64,000 bases of DNA from Escherichia coli (GTDB lineage Bacteria > Pseudomonadota > Gammaproteobacteria > Enterobacterales > Enterobacteriaceae), in the NCBI RefSeq assembly GCF_030384885.1, contig NZ_CP128615.1; one strand, given 5' to 3'. Below, one piece after another: positions 29,973 to 38,325 of this stretch. The position numbers and the translations under genes are program-made. A model generated the notes under the pieces. It was not told the DNA's origin and did no database searches. It saw only the letters and a program-made list of their open reading frames with translations. The first letter of the stretch is position 1. Every line of letters begins with the position of its first letter.

Positions 29973-30974
29973 CTAAAACGTAAACCGCGGGCCTGTCCGG
30001 TAGCGTTCACTATCGGCCAGCATTCTCTCAACCAGAGAGAAATCCTTTTCACCGCAGAACACGTACTGCTCCGCGAACTCCACCTGCAGGGCGTTGTAAT
30101 GCGTGACATGATCCGGGGTAAGCGGCATGAAAAGATAGTCCGTATACCTCCGGATATGTTCCAGTCTTTCAAAAGGCCGAATGTGACGGGGGATAAGATG
30201 CGGCGCTCTGGCAAGCAGATTGTGAAGATGCTGCTTTTGACGAATCATCTGTTCACGGATGGAGGGGCAATACATGGCCAGCATCAGCGTCGATGACAGG
30301 GGGAGGTAAATCTGTATCCCGCGAACGGCCAGACCAAGATTACCGTACGGACCGAAGTCATTGCTGTTCTTAAGCACGACGGGATTGTCTGATACGTAAA
30401 ACGGACTTTCTGGCCTGGTTTCCAGAAGGTACCAGTCCTTTTTCAGCAGGTGATCAATATGTGACATCTGCTGGACGAGCTGCCGCAGAAAAATATCCTT
30501 GGTATCGCCCCCGGACGACAGGCCCAGGGTTTCCAGGGCCTGCTCTTTAGTCGAGCCGATTGCCTCCATCTTATCGGTGAGCACCGAAATCATGCCTGAG
30601 ATACGCTCCAGTTCGCCGAAGGTTCGTGCGCGCTGCACGGCAACAAACACGGCCAGCCTGTAGCGTTCGTCATCTGTCAGCCTGCGAATATCCCTGTGCG
30701 CCAGCAGGGCTGCAATTACCGGTGCCGCGTGGTGCTCGTAAATCCCCAGCAGTGGTTCAAGACTCAGACGGTCCGGGTGATTTTCGAGGTTGTAGAACGT
30801 GTTGCGGACGGTTGCATCATCCGGCGTGGTGGCATAGGCGCGCCCTGCAGCCTTGTCAAAGGCGTATAAACGCTGACGCTTACCCTTTCCCGGCGTACTG
30901 AAATGCTTCAGTAAAAAACGGGGAACCGTATGCTGTCTGACCACATCGGTCTGCAGATTGACTGAATCGGCCAT
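29973..30974 (-). CDS. DUF4238-like protein (candidate defence-island gene)
   Basis: Start taken at the ATG at 30974 with GGAGA RBS; N-terminal HTVPRFLLKHF resembles the H-x-V/I-P-x-F-Y/L-L-K/R-x-F signature I associate with DUF4238. Confidence 0.45.
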   Translation of the reverse strand: MADSVNLQTDVVRQHTVPRFLLKHFSTPGKGKRQRLYAFDKAAGRAYATTPDDATVRNTFYNLENHPDRLSLEPLLGIYEHHAAPVIAALLAHRDIRRLTDDERYRLAVFVAVQRARTFGELERISGMISVLTDKMEAIGSTKEQALETLGLSSGGDTKDIFLRQLVQQMSHIDHLLKKDWYLLETRPESPFYVSDNPVVLKNSNDFGPYGNLGLAVRGIQIYLPLSSTLMLAMYCPSIREQMIRQKQHLHNLLARAPHLIPRHIRPFERLEHIRRYTDYLFMPLTPDHVTHYNALQVEFAEQYVFCGEKDFSLVERMLADSERYRTGPRFTF

Positions 30975-31179
30975 AACTTTATCTCCCTGAAAAGCCACGC
31001 AGGCGCACCGGTGCATCTGTATTGACGGCATGGGCAGCTGGTTTGCGGCATAACATTAGAAAACAGAACCGTTCGATAATACCTGTGTTTAACACCCTGT
31101 CAGTACTGATGAAATTTAAATCTCCGATTATAGCTTTTTTCGGATCTCAGCAGAAAAAAGACAGAAGTGTGTATAGGTT

Positions 31180-31270
31180 TGGCATATGCGTACCCCTGCC
31201 ATCTGCATATGCTATATCTATACATATGCCGATCATCTGCATATACTGAGCATATGTATAAAGGCCGGTC
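31180..31270. promoter_or_regulatory. vapBC-1 promoter/operator repeats
   Basis: Repeated CATCTGCATAT / GCATATG motifs upstream of vapB. Confidence 0.45.
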
Positions 31271-31285
31271 GGCCAGGAGGAAATA

Positions 31286-31516
31286 ATGAGAACCGTATCC
31301 ATTTTTAAAAACGGCAATAACCGCGCCATCCGTCTGCCCCGCGATCTTGATTTTGAGGGGGTGAGCGAGCTGGAGATCGTCCGGGAAGGGGACAGCATCA
31401 TCCTACGCCCCGTCCGGCCGACCTGGGGCTCGTTCGCGAAGCTCGAAAAAGCTGACCCGGACTTTATGGCGGAGCGCGAGGACGTTGTCACCGACGAAGG
31501 ACGGGTTAACCTGTGA
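31286..31516 (+). CDS. vapB: VapB antitoxin (AbrB/SpoVT fold), copy 1
   Basis: 76-aa ORF MRTVSIFKNGNNRAIRLPRDLDFEG...; 4-bp overlap with vapC. Confidence 0.85.
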   Translation: MRTVSIFKNGNNRAIRLPRDLDFEGVSELEIVREGDSIILRPVRPTWGSFAKLEKADPDFMAEREDVVTDEGRVNL

Positions 31517-31929
31517 ACAAAACGTATATGCTGGACACCAACATCTGCTCTTTCATCATGCGCGAGCAGCCGGAAGCCGTCCTGAAGCGCCTGGAGCAGG
31601 CGGTGCTGCGTGGCCACCGTATCGTGGTCTCGGCCATCACTTATTCCGAAATGCGCTTCGGGGCTACCGGCCCGAAGGCCTCGCCGCGCCACGTGCAGCT
31701 GGTTGACGCGTTCTGCACCCGCCTCGATGCCATCCTGCCCTGGGATCGCGCCGCGGTGGACGCGACCACGGAGATTAAGGTGGCGCTGCGCCTCGCCGGG
31801 ACGCCGATCGGCCCGAACGACACGGCGATTGCCGGACACTCCATCGCCGCCGGTGCCGTGCTGGTGACGAATAATACGCGGGAATTTGAACGGGTACCGG
31901 GTCTTGTGCTGGAAGACTGGATAAGATAA
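31513..31929 (+). CDS. vapC: VapC PIN-domain toxin, copy 1
   Basis: 138-aa ORF with PIN acidic residues (MLDTNICSF, ...TNNTREFERV). Confidence 0.85.
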   Translation: MNKTYMLDTNICSFIMREQPEAVLKRLEQAVLRGHRIVVSAITYSEMRFGATGPKASPRHVQLVDAFCTRLDAILPWDRAAVDATTEIKVALRLAGTPIGPNDTAIAGHSIAAGAVLVTNNTREFERVPGLVLEDWIR

Positions 31930-32002
31930 CGCTGTAAAACAAAACAGGCGGTCTGGCGCTGCCGGACACTCTTTCAGTCAGCGGTATATAAAGGAATAAA
32001 AG

Positions 32003-33565
32003 ATGCCTCTGATCACGCGGCTTATGCTGCAAAACTTTAAAAAGTTTCCGGAACTGGACCTGCGCTTCACTCATGACCGTAACATTCTGGTCGGGGATAA
32101 TGAGTCCGGGAAAAGCACGATTCTGCTGGCCCTTGACCTTGTGCTGAGCGACAGCCGGCACCGGGTCGAGGCATTGGGTGTGGAATCGCTCCTGTCCCAG
32201 TCAGCAGTCAGGCAGTTTCAGGAAGGTGAGCGCCGCGCCGATCGGTTACCCGTGCTGACAGCTGATGTTTTCCTGAGTAATGGGGGAGATCCTGACCTGA
32301 ACGGCAGGCAAAATCTGGCGGGTATCGATGCGGATGGTCTCAGAATGCGCATTGCACCCATGACGGAGGAATACGGTCAGGATATACATCATGTCCTGCA
32401 GCAGGATCCCGATAATTTTCCCTATGAATACTATTCCGTGCGGTTCAGCACCTTCTCCGGGGGGCATTTTGCCGGCTTCAGACGCTATCTGCGCCATCTG
32501 CTGTTAGACAGTGCACGCATCGATAACGAGCACGCCGCACAGGAATATACGCGCACAGTTTACAGCGTCAATGTGCCGGTAGCCGATCGGTACCGGCTTG
32601 AAAACAGTTACCGGCAACAGAAAATGCACTTCTGCACCCGGCATCTGTCAGCCATAAACGACACGCTGGATACGTATCAGTTTGGCGTGCGTTCCGGTGC
32701 TAAATCAGGTCTTGAGGCGAATCTGGACATTACCGAGGACGGTATTTCCATTCGTCACCGTGGAAAAGGAAGGCAGTGCTTCATCAAAACAGAGTTTGCA
32801 CTGCAGCGGCATCAGCAGCAGGGAGAGCTCCACGCACTGTTGCTTGAGGAGCCGGAGAATCATCTCAGCCATGTCAGTATGAAGAGGCTGGTTAATCAGC
32901 TTGCAACTGAACGGCAGACGCAGGTGTTTATTGCCACACACAGCAGCCATATCTCATCCCGCCTCGATCTGCGTAAGGCAATCCTCCTCGGGTCTGCCCG
33001 ACCGGTACTGATGAATGAACTTTCCGCTGAGACTGCCGCCTTCTTCATGAAAGCACCGGACAATAATGTGCTGGAATTTGCGCTGGCCAGACGTGTGCTG
33101 CTCGTGGAGGGGGATGCTGAGTTTATTCTGATCGAGGCCTTTTATCGCCGCCTGTATGGCAGGTCGCCGGAGGATGACGGGGTTCACATCATCGCTATCG
33201 GCGGAACGAGTTTCCGTCGTTATCTTGAACTGGCCCGTCTTCTGGAAAATCGCGTCGCGGCCCTTCGTGATAATGACGGCAACTATCAGCAAAACTGCGA
33301 TGAACGCTATGCTGACGTGCTTTGTTCCCGCTCCCGGGTATTTGCTGATCGCGATAACACCCGATCCACATTTGAAATCTGCCTGTATCAGGATAACGCT
33401 GGTCTGTGTGATGCGCTTTTCCGCGGAACACGCCGGACACTCACGGTGCAGGAATACATGCTGGCCAATAAGGCAGAAGCAGCATTCCGGCTGTTACAGC
33501 TGCACGCCGAAGAGCTGACAGTACCTGATTATATTCAGGAGGCACTGGCATGGATAAGAGAGTGA
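32003..33565 (+). CDS. OLD-family ATPase/TOPRIM nuclease (GajA-like)
   Basis: Walker A GDNESGKST, Walker B-like LLLEEPENH, H-loop IATHSSH, TOPRIM-like LLVEGDAEF and ALRDNDG. Confidence 0.65.
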   Translation: MPLITRLMLQNFKKFPELDLRFTHDRNILVGDNESGKSTILLALDLVLSDSRHRVEALGVESLLSQSAVRQFQEGERRADRLPVLTADVFLSNGGDPDLNGRQNLAGIDADGLRMRIAPMTEEYGQDIHHVLQQDPDNFPYEYYSVRFSTFSGGHFAGFRRYLRHLLLDSARIDNEHAAQEYTRTVYSVNVPVADRYRLENSYRQQKMHFCTRHLSAINDTLDTYQFGVRSGAKSGLEANLDITEDGISIRHRGKGRQCFIKTEFALQRHQQQGELHALLLEEPENHLSHVSMKRLVNQLATERQTQVFIATHSSHISSRLDLRKAILLGSARPVLMNELSAETAAFFMKAPDNNVLEFALARRVLLVEGDAEFILIEAFYRRLYGRSPEDDGVHIIAIGGTSFRRYLELARLLENRVAALRDNDGNYQQNCDERYADVLCSRSRVFADRDNTRSTFEICLYQDNAGLCDALFRGTRRTLTVQEYMLANKAEAAFRLLQLHAEELTVPDYIQEALAWIRE

Positions 33566-34572
33566 TATTTGCGGTTGCCGGCTCGGGCAAGACCACGCTG
33601 CTGATACAGCGGTTGAGTGAGGACCGGCGGACGCTGATCCTGACCTTCACCGTGAATAATGAAGCGCATCTCCGGGCGCAGATTATCAGACGTTTTGGCT
33701 TTATCCCGGACGGGATCAGGGTGATGACCTGGTTTGAGTTTCTGCACGGTTTTTGCTTCAGGCCTTTCCTGCAGGAGCAGCTGGCATCGCGTGGGCTGAG
33801 CTTCGACCAGCCCCCACCCAGAATACCGCGCACGAATGCCCGGCATTATCAGGATCCCGCCGGACGGCTGTATCACCGGAGGCTCGCACACTTACTCACA
33901 GCCCGGGGGCTGCTGCCAGATATCCGTACCCGGCTTGCCCGTTACTACGATGAACTGCTTGTCGATGAAGTCCAGGACTTTGCCGGACATGACTTTAATT
34001 TTCTGCTGGAGCTCTGCCGCGCGGAAATCACTGTGCTCTGTTGCGGCGATTTTTATCAACATACCTTTGATACAAGCCATGACGGCAACGTTAATTCAAC
34101 GCTGCACGATGACATTACGCGATATGAGGCCCGCTTCGACGCAGCAGGTTTCACGGTTGACCGGGACACGCTCAACCGGACATGGCGTTGCTCAGCTTCA
34201 GTGTGCGAGTTTATCACCGGACAACTGAACATCCGTATCGCTGCCCATGGGATACATGCCACCCTGATTGAAACGATCACAGATGCAGAGCGCACAGCCA
34301 CCCTGCACGCCGATAATACGGTGATTAAGCTCTTCTATCGTGAACATCACCGTTACGGCTGCTATTCCATGAACTGGGGCGTCAGTAAAGGGCTCGACCA
34401 CTTTCAGGATGTCTGCATTGTGATGGGATCTTCCCACTGGAAGCTTCTGACCCGTCAGGAACTGGCAGCCCTTCCACCGTCGTCCCGTAACAGGCTGTAC
34501 GTGGCATGCTCACGGGCGCGCGGCAACATTTATTTTGTTCCCGAAATTCATCTGCGCCGATTCCGGAACTGA
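33550..34572 (+). CDS. Compact SF1/UvrD-like helicase (GajB-like)
   Basis: Motifs AVAGSGKTT (I), LLVDEVQD (II), GDFYQ (III), YVACSRAR (VI); 16-bp overlap with the upstream nuclease gene. Confidence 0.6.
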   Translation: MDKRVIFAVAGSGKTTLLIQRLSEDRRTLILTFTVNNEAHLRAQIIRRFGFIPDGIRVMTWFEFLHGFCFRPFLQEQLASRGLSFDQPPPRIPRTNARHYQDPAGRLYHRRLAHLLTARGLLPDIRTRLARYYDELLVDEVQDFAGHDFNFLLELCRAEITVLCCGDFYQHTFDTSHDGNVNSTLHDDITRYEARFDAAGFTVDRDTLNRTWRCSASVCEFITGQLNIRIAAHGIHATLIETITDAERTATLHADNTVIKLFYREHHRYGCYSMNWGVSKGLDHFQDVCIVMGSSHWKLLTRQELAALPPSSRNRLYVACSRARGNIYFVPEIHLRRFRN

Positions 34573-34861
34573 GTCAGCTGCTTCTCAGTCGGGCACAATT
34601 CAGAAATAAAGCTGTATGGCCAACGATGTCACTTCAGGCTGGAAAAGTGCGGATCCGGTTTTGCCTTTTTTCGGATCTGAGCGGGAAAAGTGAGAAACCA
34701 ACATAGGTGTAACATATCCATATGCCGGGCATCTGCATAGGCAAAGCATACGCATATACCTACCATCTGCATATGTAACACCTATACAAGCCGGGCTTGC
34801 AGGCATATACTTCACCTATGCGGGAATACTCCCTGGCACACTCAGCATATGAGGAAAAACC

Positions 34862-35092
34862 ATGCGCACAGTTTCGATATTTAAAAACGGCAATAACCGC
34901 GCCATCCGTCTGCCCCGGGACCTGGATTTTGATGGCGTCAGCGAGCTGGAGATCGTCCGGGAAGGGGACAGCATCATTCTGCGTCCCGTCCGGCCGACCT
35001 GGGGCTCGTTCGCGCAGCTGGACAGGGCCGATCCGGACTTTATGGCGGAGCGTGAGGATGTGGTCAGCGATGAAGGACGCTTTGAGCCATGA
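34862..35092 (+). CDS. vapB: VapB antitoxin, copy 2 (diverged paralog)
   Basis: 76-aa ORF MRTVSIFKNGNNRAIRLPRDLDFDG...; own CATCTGCATAT operator repeats upstream (about 34700-34850). Confidence 0.85.
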   Translation: MRTVSIFKNGNNRAIRLPRDLDFDGVSELEIVREGDSIILRPVRPTWGSFAQLDRADPDFMAEREDVVSDEGRFEP

Positions 35093-35505
35093 AGAAAACC
35101 TGGATGCTCGACACCAACATCTGCTCGTTCATCATGCGCGAGCAGCCGGCAGCGGTGCTGAAGCGCCTGGAGCAGGCGGTGCTGCGCGGTGATCGCATTG
35201 TGGTCTCGGCCGTGACGTATGCCGAGATGCGCTTCGGCGCCACCGGCCCGAAGGCCTCGCCGCGCCATATTCAGCTGGTCGACGCGTTCTGCGCGCGCCT
35301 CGATGCCGTCCTGCCCTGGGACCGCGCCGCGGTGGACGCCACGACGGACATCCGGGTGGCGCTGCGCCTAGCCGGGACGCCGATCGGCCCGAATGACACG
35401 GCCATTGCCGGGCACGCCATCGCGGCGGGCGCCATCCTGGTGACGAACAATGTGAGAGAGTTTGCGCGGGTCCCGGGCCTGGTGCTGGAAGACTGGGTGA
35501 AATAA
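35089..35505 (+). CDS. vapC: VapC PIN-domain toxin, copy 2
   Basis: 138-aa ORF, clear paralog of copy 1. Confidence 0.85.
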   Translation: MKKTWMLDTNICSFIMREQPAAVLKRLEQAVLRGDRIVVSAVTYAEMRFGATGPKASPRHIQLVDAFCARLDAVLPWDRAAVDATTDIRVALRLAGTPIGPNDTAIAGHAIAAGAILVTNNVREFARVPGLVLEDWVK

Positions 35506-35546
35506 TCCCGTAATAATTTCCGTGACGGAGACGACAGACATGAATG

Positions 35547-35608
35547 GGCTTTGTTGAATAAATCGAACTTTTGCTGAGTTGAAGGATCAGATCACGCATC
35601 CTCCCGAC
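35547..35608 (+). mobile_element. 62-bp IS903-group left-end remnant
   Basis: GGCTTTGTTGAATAAATCGAACTTTTGCTGAGTTGAAGGATCAGATCACGCATCCTCCCGAC identical to the left end of the full copy at 55903. Confidence 0.75.
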
Positions 35609-35708
35609 TGGATTTGCCCCTATATTTCCAGACACCTGTTATCACTTAATGGAGTGACCCCGAGCCCGTAGACAAATCTGCCCTATAGTTTGAGCATAGG
35701 AGGAGTCT

Positions 35709-35993
35709 ATGGGCACATCACGTTTTACCCCTGAATTTAAGGAAGAGGCCGTCCGCCAGATCACCGAGCGGGGCTATTCTATTGCTGAAGTATCTGAACG
35801 GCTCGGCGTGTCGGCGCACAGCCTATATAAATGGCTCCGGGCTGTTAAGCCTGACAACAGTGGACAGCAGGCACAGGATTTACTGGATGCCAGAACAGAA
35901 ATTCTCAGGCTGAAAGCACAGCTTAAACGCACTGAGGAAGAGCGGGATATTCTGAAAAAGGCAGCGCGGTACTTTGCAAGGGAGCCCGACTGA
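35709..35993 (+). CDS. IS3-family OrfA
   Basis: 94-aa HTH protein MGTSRFTPEFKEEAVRQITERGYSIAEVSERLGVS... Confidence 0.7.
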   Translation: MGTSRFTPEFKEEAVRQITERGYSIAEVSERLGVSAHSLYKWLRAVKPDNSGQQAQDLLDARTEILRLKAQLKRTEEERDILKKAARYFAREPD

Positions 35994-36040
35994 AGTATCG
36001 CTTTATCAACGATCACCGTGAAATCTGGTCGATCGTTACA

Positions 36041-36566
36041 ATGTGTCGGGTCCTTAAGGTTGCCCGTGCCGGATTTTATGTCTGGCTCCATAACCCTGTA
36101 TCTGCCGGAGAAAAGGATAACCAGCGACTGCTGGAACTCATCCGCGACTCCTATACGCTGAGTGGTGGAGTTTACGGTTATCGCAGGGTTCATGGCGATC
36201 TTCGCGAAATTGGCGAAGTGTGCAGCAGAAACCGGGTTGCCAAAATCATGAGGAAAAACAGGATTCAGGCTATACATGGTTATAAAGTGCCACGCGGGAG
36301 CCGGGGACGACCGTCACTGATAGCGCCTAATCACGTGCGGCGTGAATTTACTGTAGTGAAGCCCAATCAGGTGTGGGTCACCGACATCACCTACATCCGC
36401 ACCTGGCAGGGCTGGCTGTACCTGGCAGTGGTTATCGATCTTTTTGCCCGTAATGTGGTGGGCTGGTCGATGAAGCCGACACTGTCGCGCGAGCTGGCAC
36501 TGGATGCGCTGCTGATGGCGGTCTGGCGACGTAAACCTGAAGAAAACGTCATTGTGCACAGCGATA
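36041..36566 (+). pseudogene. IS3-family OrfB, N-terminal part (interrupted after ...NVIVHSD)
   Basis: DDE core present up to HSD, then unrelated sequence. Confidence 0.6.
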
Positions 36567-37960
36567 GTAATAATGCCGATGTCAGTCTTTACCACCACTT
36601 AGTTTGCCGTTTAACCAGATTGGTGTGATTACTGATGCAGTGAAGACCTTCCCGCATCCTGACTCACACAGCGATCGACCTTTTGTGTCCTGCCCTGGAC
36701 CCGTCGGTTGCCGGAAGCGCCTTCATGCGAGGCATCTCCTCACCGATGCGCGTGACTCAAGAAGGGCCTGACGGCTTGTCTCGTTACTGTCCTGTCCGGG
36801 TTATCTGTCTGGAGATTCAACTCTGTTTCCTCACAGGAGCTCTGTCATGGTTGATAAAGTTACCGAAGCTGCCGTTGTGGGTGGCGTGGATACACATAAA
36901 GATTTGCACGTTGCCGCTGTCGTAGATCAGAACAATAAAGTCCTTGGGACTCAGTATTTCTCCACAACACGACAAGGTTACCGGCAGATGCTGGCATGGA
37001 TGACCTCGTTTGGGACATTAAAGCGAATTGGTGTTGAGTGCACAGGTACCTATGGTTCCGGTTTGCTTCGTTATTTTCAGAACGCCGGGTTAGAAGTTCT
37101 TGAGGTGACTGCTCCAGACCGGATGGAGCGACGCAAACGGGGTAAAAGTGACACAATTGATGCTGAATGTGCCGCTCATGCAGCATTCTCAGGCATCAGG
37201 ACAGTTACTCCCAAAACGCGTGATGGCATGATTGAGTCCCTGCGGGTATTAAAAACTTGCCGAAAAACAGCAATATCAGCCCGCAGAGTCGCTCTCCAGA
37301 TTATCCATTCAAATATTATCTCTGCCCCGGATGAATTACGTGAACAGCTCAGAAATATGACGCGCATGCAGCTCATCAGGACCCTGGGTTCCTGGAGACC
37401 TGATGCCAGTGAATACCGCAATGTAACCAACGTTTATCGCATTTCATTAAAGTCCCTTGCCCGACGCTATCTCGAGTTACATGACGAAATCGCTGATCTG
37501 GATGTCATGATTGCGGCAATTGTCGACGAGTTGGCACCTGAGCTGATTAAACGTAATGCTATCGGATACGAAAGCGCTTCACAGTTGCTGATCACTGCCG
37601 GAGACAATCCTCAACGGTTAAGATCAGAATCAGGATTTGCGGCACTGTGTGGTGTCAGCCCGGTCCCCGTTTCTTCTGGAAAAACGAACCGTTACCGACT
37701 TAATCGTGGTGGAGATCGTGCTGCAAATAGTGCACTTCACATCATCGCCATCGGACGCTTACGAACTGACGCAAAAACAAAGGAATATGTCGCCAGGCGT
37801 GTAGCCGAAGGACATACAAAAATGGAAGCGATACGCTGTCTAAAGCGATATATCTCCCGCGAAGTTTACACGTTACTGCGCAATCAAAACAGGCGGATCA
37901 ACAGTATCCCGATAACAGCTTGACTCTTAGAAGGGCGTCCAGGGCAGTCAGTATGGCAGT
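36567..37960 (+). mobile_element. IS110-family insertion sequence (boundaries approximate)
   Basis: Insert splitting the IS3-family orfB; carries an IS110-type transposase; no terminal inverted repeats, as expected for the family. Confidence 0.55.
36847..37923 (+). CDS. IS110-family transposase
   Basis: 358-aa ORF with N-terminal VGGVDTHKDLHVAAV motif. Confidence 0.8.
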   Translation: MVDKVTEAAVVGGVDTHKDLHVAAVVDQNNKVLGTQYFSTTRQGYRQMLAWMTSFGTLKRIGVECTGTYGSGLLRYFQNAGLEVLEVTAPDRMERRKRGKSDTIDAECAAHAAFSGIRTVTPKTRDGMIESLRVLKTCRKTAISARRVALQIIHSNIISAPDELREQLRNMTRMQLIRTLGSWRPDASEYRNVTNVYRISLKSLARRYLELHDEIADLDVMIAAIVDELAPELIKRNAIGYESASQLLITAGDNPQRLRSESGFAALCGVSPVPVSSGKTNRYRLNRGGDRAANSALHIIAIGRLRTDAKTKEYVARRVAEGHTKMEAIRCLKRYISREVYTLLRNQNRRINSIPITA

Positions 37961-37984
37961 GATGACTGGCAGCGGTTCTGCCGG

Positions 37985-38218
37985 GCCAATAATCTGGTAC
38001 CGAGCATGAGCCGTCGCGGCAACTGCTGGGATAATGCAGTGGCAGAATCGTTCTTCAGTTCACTCAAAAAAGAGCGCATCAGGAAGCGGATATACAAAAC
38101 CCGGGACATGGCCCGGGCGGATATTTTCGATTATATTGAAGTGTTCTACAACCGGGCCCGGCGCCACAGTCATCTCGGCGGCGTCAGCCCGGAGGCCTTC
38201 GAAAAGGCCTCGCAGTGA
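37985..38218 (+). pseudogene. IS3-family OrfB, C-terminal part
   Basis: ...NLVPSMSRRGNCWDNAVAESFF...RRHSHLGGVSPEAFE, the typical OrfB C-terminus. Confidence 0.6.
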
Positions 38219-38325
38219 GGACAGAAACTGTCTACCGGAGCGTGGTCACTCCACATTTAAAGAAACGAGCTTTGGTAAACATACCTGTAATGACTCCATA
38301 AAATGGCGCGTCAAACGACACCTAA

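Larger units (their letters stand above)
35609..38290 (+). mobile_element. IS3-family element whose orfB is split by an IS110-family insertion
   Basis: orfA (35709-35993), orfB N-part (36041 to about 36566), orfB C-part (about 37985-38218); imperfect terminal repeats, right boundary approximate. Confidence 0.6.

Noticed and set aside
31147-31839. 230-aa minus-strand ORF overlapping vapBC-1 (and similar ORFs over vapBC-2 at 34816-35635)
   Set aside because: Antisense to compact, well-supported toxin-antitoxin genes in GC-rich DNA where long spurious ORFs are common.
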